Positions 59,657 to 64,000 of a stretch of 64,000 nt of DNA are shown piece after piece. The notes under the pieces were generated by a model. That model saw only the letters and a list, made by a program, of their open reading frames with translations. It was not told where the DNA came from and did not search any database. A program made the position numbers and the translations under genes. The stretch is from assembly GCF_033659955.1 (NCBI RefSeq), contig NZ_JARUJP010000006.1, forward strand, positions 138,434 through 202,433. The letters are read 5' to 3'. Position 1 is the first letter of the stretch; each line of letters starts with the position of its first letter. Source of the DNA: Clostridium tanneri (GTDB lineage Bacteria; Bacillota; Clostridia; Clostridiales; Clostridiaceae).

Positions 59657-61051
59657 TTATATCTCTACTTCATCCCTCTGCTCTTCTTTGAGCAAGTCAC
59701 CTTTTAAATATTTTGGCAGTTCCATGCCAGCTGTTTTGAAAACATCCTCTAGTGGTGGGATAGATTTCATCATTCCAGAAAGAAAATTAGCAGTAGCTGG
59801 TGTTCCATTACCGCCCATACTATCCCAAACAGTAATCTTATCAATTTTAATATTTTTAATAGCCTCAACCTGAAGTTTAACAAGTTCCTCCATTTTATCA
59901 GCCATCATAAGCATTACTGCATTTTGTGCATCATCTCCTGCTGCCTCTACTATCCTTTTAAAACCTTCTGCCTGTTTACTTAGTATTTCCATTGTACCTT
60001 TAGCCTGTGCTTCCATCTTAGCAAGTATCGCATCTGCTTCCCCTTTTGCCTGTCTTCTGATTCTTTCCGCTTCTGCTTCAGCATCAATTTCTGCTTTTCT
60101 TTTTTCAATTTCTGCATGGACTATAATATCTGCTTCCTTAGTTGCTCTTTCTCTTTCAGCACGAGACTTCTCTGCTAGTTCCTCTGCTATATATGCTTCC
60201 TCTAACGCCTTTGCTGCCTGAACCTTTTCTGCAGCTATAGCTCTCCTGTTTGCTTCCGCTTCCTTTTCTCTCTTTTCTGCCTCTGAGTTAGCAACAGTTA
60301 TTTTTGCTAAATTCTCCCCTTGCAGCGCCTTAGCATTTGCTTCTGATACACTGACTCTCTCTTCTTGTTTAGCATTAGCCTCACCTATAGCTCCATCACG
60401 GTTTTTCTCTGCAACAGATTTTTTTGCATCATTTATAGCTTTAGCTGCTGCTTCCTTACCGAGGGCTTCAATATATCCAGATTCATCCTTAATATCTGTT
60501 ACATTAACATTTATAAGTTTTAAACCTATTTTCTTGAGTTCTGCTTCAACATTTTGAGAAACATTAGCAAGAAACTTATCTCTATCACAATTGATTTCTT
60601 CAATGTCCATTGTAGCTATAACCAGTCTTAACTGACCAAATATAATATCTTTAGCAAGTTCTTGAATATCTCTTAATTGTAATCCTAATAATCTTTCAGC
60701 TGCATTAGGCATGATGGTAGGTTCTGTAGAAATACCTACAGTAAACCTTGAAGGAACATCAACCCTTATATTTTGTTTACTTAAGGCATTGGTTAAGTTT
60801 ACTTCGATAGAAATAGGAGTTAAATCTAAAAACTCATAACTTTGAATTACAGGCCAAATAAATGCTGCACCACCATGTATACATTTGGCAGAACGAGAAG
60901 CTCCGTCGTTCCCTTTGCCAGTTTTACCGTAAACTACAAGAACCTTATCTGATGGACATTTTTTATACCTGGAAACTACTGAAATAACAGTAATAAAAAT
61001 TACCGCTATAATAACTGAAATTAGTATAATTGAAGAAAATTCCACAAGCAA
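59657..61051 (-). CDS. flotillin-like SPFH-domain protein
   Basis: N-terminal TM, an SPFH/band-7 domain, and a long Ala/Glu-rich coiled coil (EAERIRRQAKGEADA). Confidence 0.85.
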   Translation of the reverse strand: MLVEFSSIILISVIIAVIFITVISVVSRYKKCPSDKVLVVYGKTGKGNDGASRSAKCIHGGAAFIWPVIQSYEFLDLTPISIEVNLTNALSKQNIRVDVPSRFTVGISTEPTIMPNAAERLLGLQLRDIQELAKDIIFGQLRLVIATMDIEEINCDRDKFLANVSQNVEAELKKIGLKLINVNVTDIKDESGYIEALGKEAAAKAINDAKKSVAEKNRDGAIGEANAKQEERVSVSEANAKALQGENLAKITVANSEAEKREKEAEANRRAIAAEKVQAAKALEEAYIAEELAEKSRAERERATKEADIIVHAEIEKRKAEIDAEAEAERIRRQAKGEADAILAKMEAQAKGTMEILSKQAEGFKRIVEAAGDDAQNAVMLMMADKMEELVKLQVEAIKNIKIDKITVWDSMGGNGTPATANFLSGMMKSIPPLEDVFKTAGMELPKYLKGDLLKEEQRDEVEI

Positions 61052-61062
61052 ATCCCCCTAAC

Positions 61063-61680
61063 TTAGTTTATTTTTTCAACCAACAAAAGTTGGTTATCAA
61101 CAACTTTAATAACTATTACTTTCTCTCCTGTAGCCAGTTTTTCTCCATAAGTAACAGCATCCATAGTCCTTAAGACCCCTTGCACCACTACCTGTATTTT
61201 TCCTGAGCCTTCCCCCTGTTTTGGTATGGTTAAATAAACTTCTCCTTCTTTCCCAATGGCATTGTTAATATCCATGTTTCCTTCTTCTGTAAGTTTTTGA
61301 ACAAAGTAATATATAAAGGAAACAACAAGCATCATTATAAATCCTAAGGACATAGCTATTAGCAATGAAGTCAAATGCTCTTTACCATGCCTTTCAGCTA
61401 CAATTCCTGCCCATGAAGATACGGTAAAAAATACAGTTATACTTCTTATGGTAAATAATTTAAATTTAACATCTAAAATACCTAACGAATTTTCATTGCC
61501 CAATATATTATGTTCATGAAGATCTTGAGACATATCTAAATTATGCACTTCAAAGTCATGTCCATTCTCTATTCCCAATAAAGTCATAATAGTCTGAATC
61601 ACAAAAATAACACTAGAAGGAAAAGCCACTATCCAAAAAAACCTTTCGAAGACTGGTATGCCATTCCACCATTCTATCAT
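61063..61680 (-). CDS. NfeD-like membrane protein partnered with flotillin
   Basis: N-terminal TM helices plus a C-terminal OB-fold-like domain. Directly upstream of the flotillin gene. Confidence 0.7.
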   Translation of the reverse strand: MIEWWNGIPVFERFFWIVAFPSSVIFVIQTIMTLLGIENGHDFEVHNLDMSQDLHEHNILGNENSLGILDVKFKLFTIRSITVFFTVSSWAGIVAERHGKEHLTSLLIAMSLGFIMMLVVSFIYYFVQKLTEEGNMDINNAIGKEGEVYLTIPKQGEGSGKIQVVVQGVLRTMDAVTYGEKLATGEKVIVIKVVDNQLLLVEKIN

Positions 61681-61874
61681 AACTCTCCCCCTTTCCCATT
61701 CAGTACCATTATACCATAAAACTGTAAGTCATCTTACTTTTCTCATTAAATAATTTTGTTTATTTATAAATTCAGCCTTTTTCCTATTTATCTTTAGACT
61801 ACCTATAGATAAATATTCCATAATATGATAATTTATTATCATGTATTTAAGTAAAGAATAACAGGAGAGGAGAA

Positions 61875-62216
61875 ATGCACTTGGAAATTATTAAATCAAT
61901 ATTTTATTTTATACTAGCTGGATTATTTGAAATAGGTGGAGGCTACCTAGTGTGGCTGTGGATAAGGGATGGTAAAAGTTTTTGGTATGGATTAGCTGGT
62001 GCTGTTTCTTTAATTATCTACGGAATTGTACCAACTCTTCAACCGCCTAACTCTAACTTCGGAAGAGTTTACGCCGCTTATGGTGGAATTTTCATAGTTC
62101 TTTCAATTTTATGGGGATGGAAGATAGATAACATAGTTCCTGATAGATTTGATTTAATTGGTGGATTTATCGCTCTCATTGGAGTACTAATAATTATGTA
62201 TTCTCCACGAGGATAA
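61875..62216 (+). CDS. YnfA/UPF0060-family small membrane protein
   Basis: 113 aa with 4 TM helices and a conserved EIGGGY motif. Confidence 0.8.
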   Translation: MHLEIIKSIFYFILAGLFEIGGGYLVWLWIRDGKSFWYGLAGAVSLIIYGIVPTLQPPNSNFGRVYAAYGGIFIVLSILWGWKIDNIVPDRFDLIGGFIALIGVLIIMYSPRG

Positions 62217-62247
62217 CAATAAAAACAAATAGGTAAAGGAGTGGTGC

Positions 62248-62706
62248 ATGGTGAATCAACAACTAATCAATTATGCTGAGGAAATTATAGATATATTTAG
62301 ATTGTTAAGCAAAATTTTAAAAGGCCATATAACAAAAGAAGCAGATGACTTGGGTTTCACAGTTCCCCAAATAATGCTTATGAATATCCTATCTGAGCAT
62401 CCAGGAATCAGCTTGAATGAATTAAGCAAAAGATTGAGTTTATCCAAAAGCACCGTTTCTGGAATTGTAGATCGTCTAGAGAAAAATGGTAACCTAATAA
62501 GAGAAATTCCTGAAGAAAATCGTAGAACTGTTAAAATATTTCTATCTGAAAACTGTCCGGATTTTAAGAGGGTCAGAGATATTAAAACCCAACATCTTTC
62601 CAAAATTCTAGAGGAATTAGGTATAGAAGAAACAGAAAAATTCCTTATTTCCTTCAATAAACTTAAGGAGGCTATTATAAGTTACGAAAAAGATTTTCTC
62701 AAATAG
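62248..62706 (+). CDS. MarR-family transcriptional regulator
   Basis: Winged HTH (LNELSKRLSLSKSTVSGIVDRLEKNG). Confidence 0.85.
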   Translation: MVNQQLINYAEEIIDIFRLLSKILKGHITKEADDLGFTVPQIMLMNILSEHPGISLNELSKRLSLSKSTVSGIVDRLEKNGNLIREIPEENRRTVKIFLSENCPDFKRVRDIKTQHLSKILEELGIEETEKFLISFNKLKEAIISYEKDFLK

Positions 62707-62836
62707 TGGAATGACTTGTAATCTCATTCCACTATTTGTCTAATATGATGTAGATGAGGAAAATTTAAAAAGTATTATGCTAATTGATGTGTATCAATAA
62801 TACTCTCCTGTATCTTTTTTCTAAAAGTATATATTT

Positions 62837-63925
62837 CTAATCCCTTATAAAAGGTTTTAAGAACTTACTTATTAACTTTAAAAAATTAAACTCAACACTT
62901 TTATCTAAGGCTCGACTAGTCAGATTTCTGTTAAGTATGGAAACTAAAACATCCAGTTTATCATTATCCAGTTTTTCTAAACCTCTTCTAAGTACTAGTG
63001 AATCTTCGTAGGATTGTCGAAGTGGCTTAGTTAATTCATCATAACTTCCCTTTCTACATATATCCAAAGCTGCATATATACCCGTTAACATAGCTGGAAT
63101 TTGCCCGCATCCGTAGGCAGGCATAATAGCACCAAAACAATTTCCTGTAAAATAGGTGTTGTTAATCTTAGGCTTCTTACAAATACCTACCTTATATCCT
63201 TTAATACTAAAGTTATCAGTAATGTTTAAGTTATTTCCAACATCTTCTTGAACCTCTTGGCAAAATCTACTCCACAACTCATCCTTATCTATTCTATCTT
63301 CTTTTATATACTCTGGGTATGCAATAGAAATTTGTGCTCTGCTTTGTGAAAAAGGCACTAAATATCCGTATCCTTTAGGTGCAAAATCATTATTATACCA
63401 AGTACTAATATGGCTAGGATTGAATTCTCCACCTATAGTAGCACCTATTATGCTAACCTGTAAATCCTGTGTGTAATTTTTCATGCTAGCGGCGTCCTCT
63501 CCGTTCCCTGTGGCTATTACAATATGTGAGTAATCCTTTAACAATTCATTATAACTACACTGAGAATTATAAATTATTTGGGATTTAATCTTTAAAAGTA
63601 GCTGATTCTCGAAAGAGTCCTCGTGTCTTCCTCTAATATTAGAATACCCAAAGTTACCTTTTAAGTGTCCTTTTCTATTTTTTGAATGTGCTGTTATTTC
63701 CTTCACTTCACTTATTGGTTTTAGGGTTATTCCATAGGTATCTTTCAAGTAATTTAAAGAATCACTTACTGGTCTTTCTAGTATATTAAAAATGTTCTCC
63801 ATATTTACAAACCTGTCACCAACTCTACTTCTCTTTTCAAATATAGTAGGATAAATGCCCTGCTGTTCTAAAATAATGGCACAGGCTAGTCCGGATAATC
63901 CAGCCCCCATAATAGCAACTTTCAT
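62837..63925 (-). CDS. FAD/NAD(P)-dependent oxidoreductase
   Basis: N-terminal GxGxxG (KVAIMGAGLSGLA) followed by an EKR acidic-residue motif. Confidence 0.7.
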   Translation of the reverse strand: MKVAIMGAGLSGLACAIILEQQGIYPTIFEKRSRVGDRFVNMENIFNILERPVSDSLNYLKDTYGITLKPISEVKEITAHSKNRKGHLKGNFGYSNIRGRHEDSFENQLLLKIKSQIIYNSQCSYNELLKDYSHIVIATGNGEDAASMKNYTQDLQVSIIGATIGGEFNPSHISTWYNNDFAPKGYGYLVPFSQSRAQISIAYPEYIKEDRIDKDELWSRFCQEVQEDVGNNLNITDNFSIKGYKVGICKKPKINNTYFTGNCFGAIMPAYGCGQIPAMLTGIYAALDICRKGSYDELTKPLRQSYEDSLVLRRGLEKLDNDKLDVLVSILNRNLTSRALDKSVEFNFLKLISKFLKPFIRD

Positions 63926-64000
63926 AAATCTACCTTCTTTCCTCCTTTTTATACTATTATTAGTTTAAATACGGCTATTTATTAAGCATTAAAAAACTAA

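Noticed and set aside
1-64000. Search for CRISPR arrays, transposases/IS ends, integrases, rRNA/tRNA genes
   Set aside because: No regularly spaced direct repeats, no transposase/integrase-like ORFs and no rRNA/tRNA signatures were found by reading both strands.

Overview
This window reads as low-GC Firmicutes (Clostridium-like, anaerobic spore-former) chromosomal DNA with about 60 protein genes on both strands. The content is mostly housekeeping and sensory genes. The left edge carries the 5' part of a truncated radical-SAM HydG-like maturase gene, followed by a NitT/TauT-type ABC permease/ATPase pair. Other genes:
- an LCP-family protein
- the nadA-nadB-nadC operon, preceded by a 40-bp perfect palindrome
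- a Tlp-like small spore protein, a Cys-rich protein and a rubrerythrin-like protein
- a rhomboid protease
- a PocR-GGDEF-EAL protein and a PAS-GGDEF-HD-GYP protein
- rpsA
- an ECF sigma / anti-sigma pair
- a T-box-regulated TrpP transporter
- an M24 peptidase, an APC permease, an HNH endonuclease and a DMT transporter
- an OsmC-family protein, cardiolipin synthase and class-3 FBPase
- a methyl-accepting chemotaxis protein (MCP), pflB-pflA, a class-V aminotransferase and an S8 protease
- a cadC-cadA operon with a tandemly duplicated HMA domain
- nhaA, an alpha/beta SASP and a CwlO-like NlpC/P60 hydrolase
- an HMA-DsbD_2-cupredoxin-like fusion protein
- a POT transporter, an MBL hydrolase, a PAP2 phosphatase and a GltS-like FMN protein
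- a flotillin/NfeD pair, a YnfA-family protein, a MarR regulator and an FAD oxidoreductase
No CRISPR array, rRNA, tRNA or transposase was seen. The most notable non-coding signals are:
- a candidate class-I preQ1 riboswitch in front of a noncanonical radical-SAM gene plus QueT transporter, a likely queuine/preQ1 salvage module
- a roughly 208-nt rod-like nested inverted-repeat element downstream of nhaA, with 6S-RNA-like architecture or a MITE
- a T-box leader
- two promoter-leader-terminator attenuator arrangements of unknown ligand class
- several strong-SD small ORFs below the 60-aa track threshold
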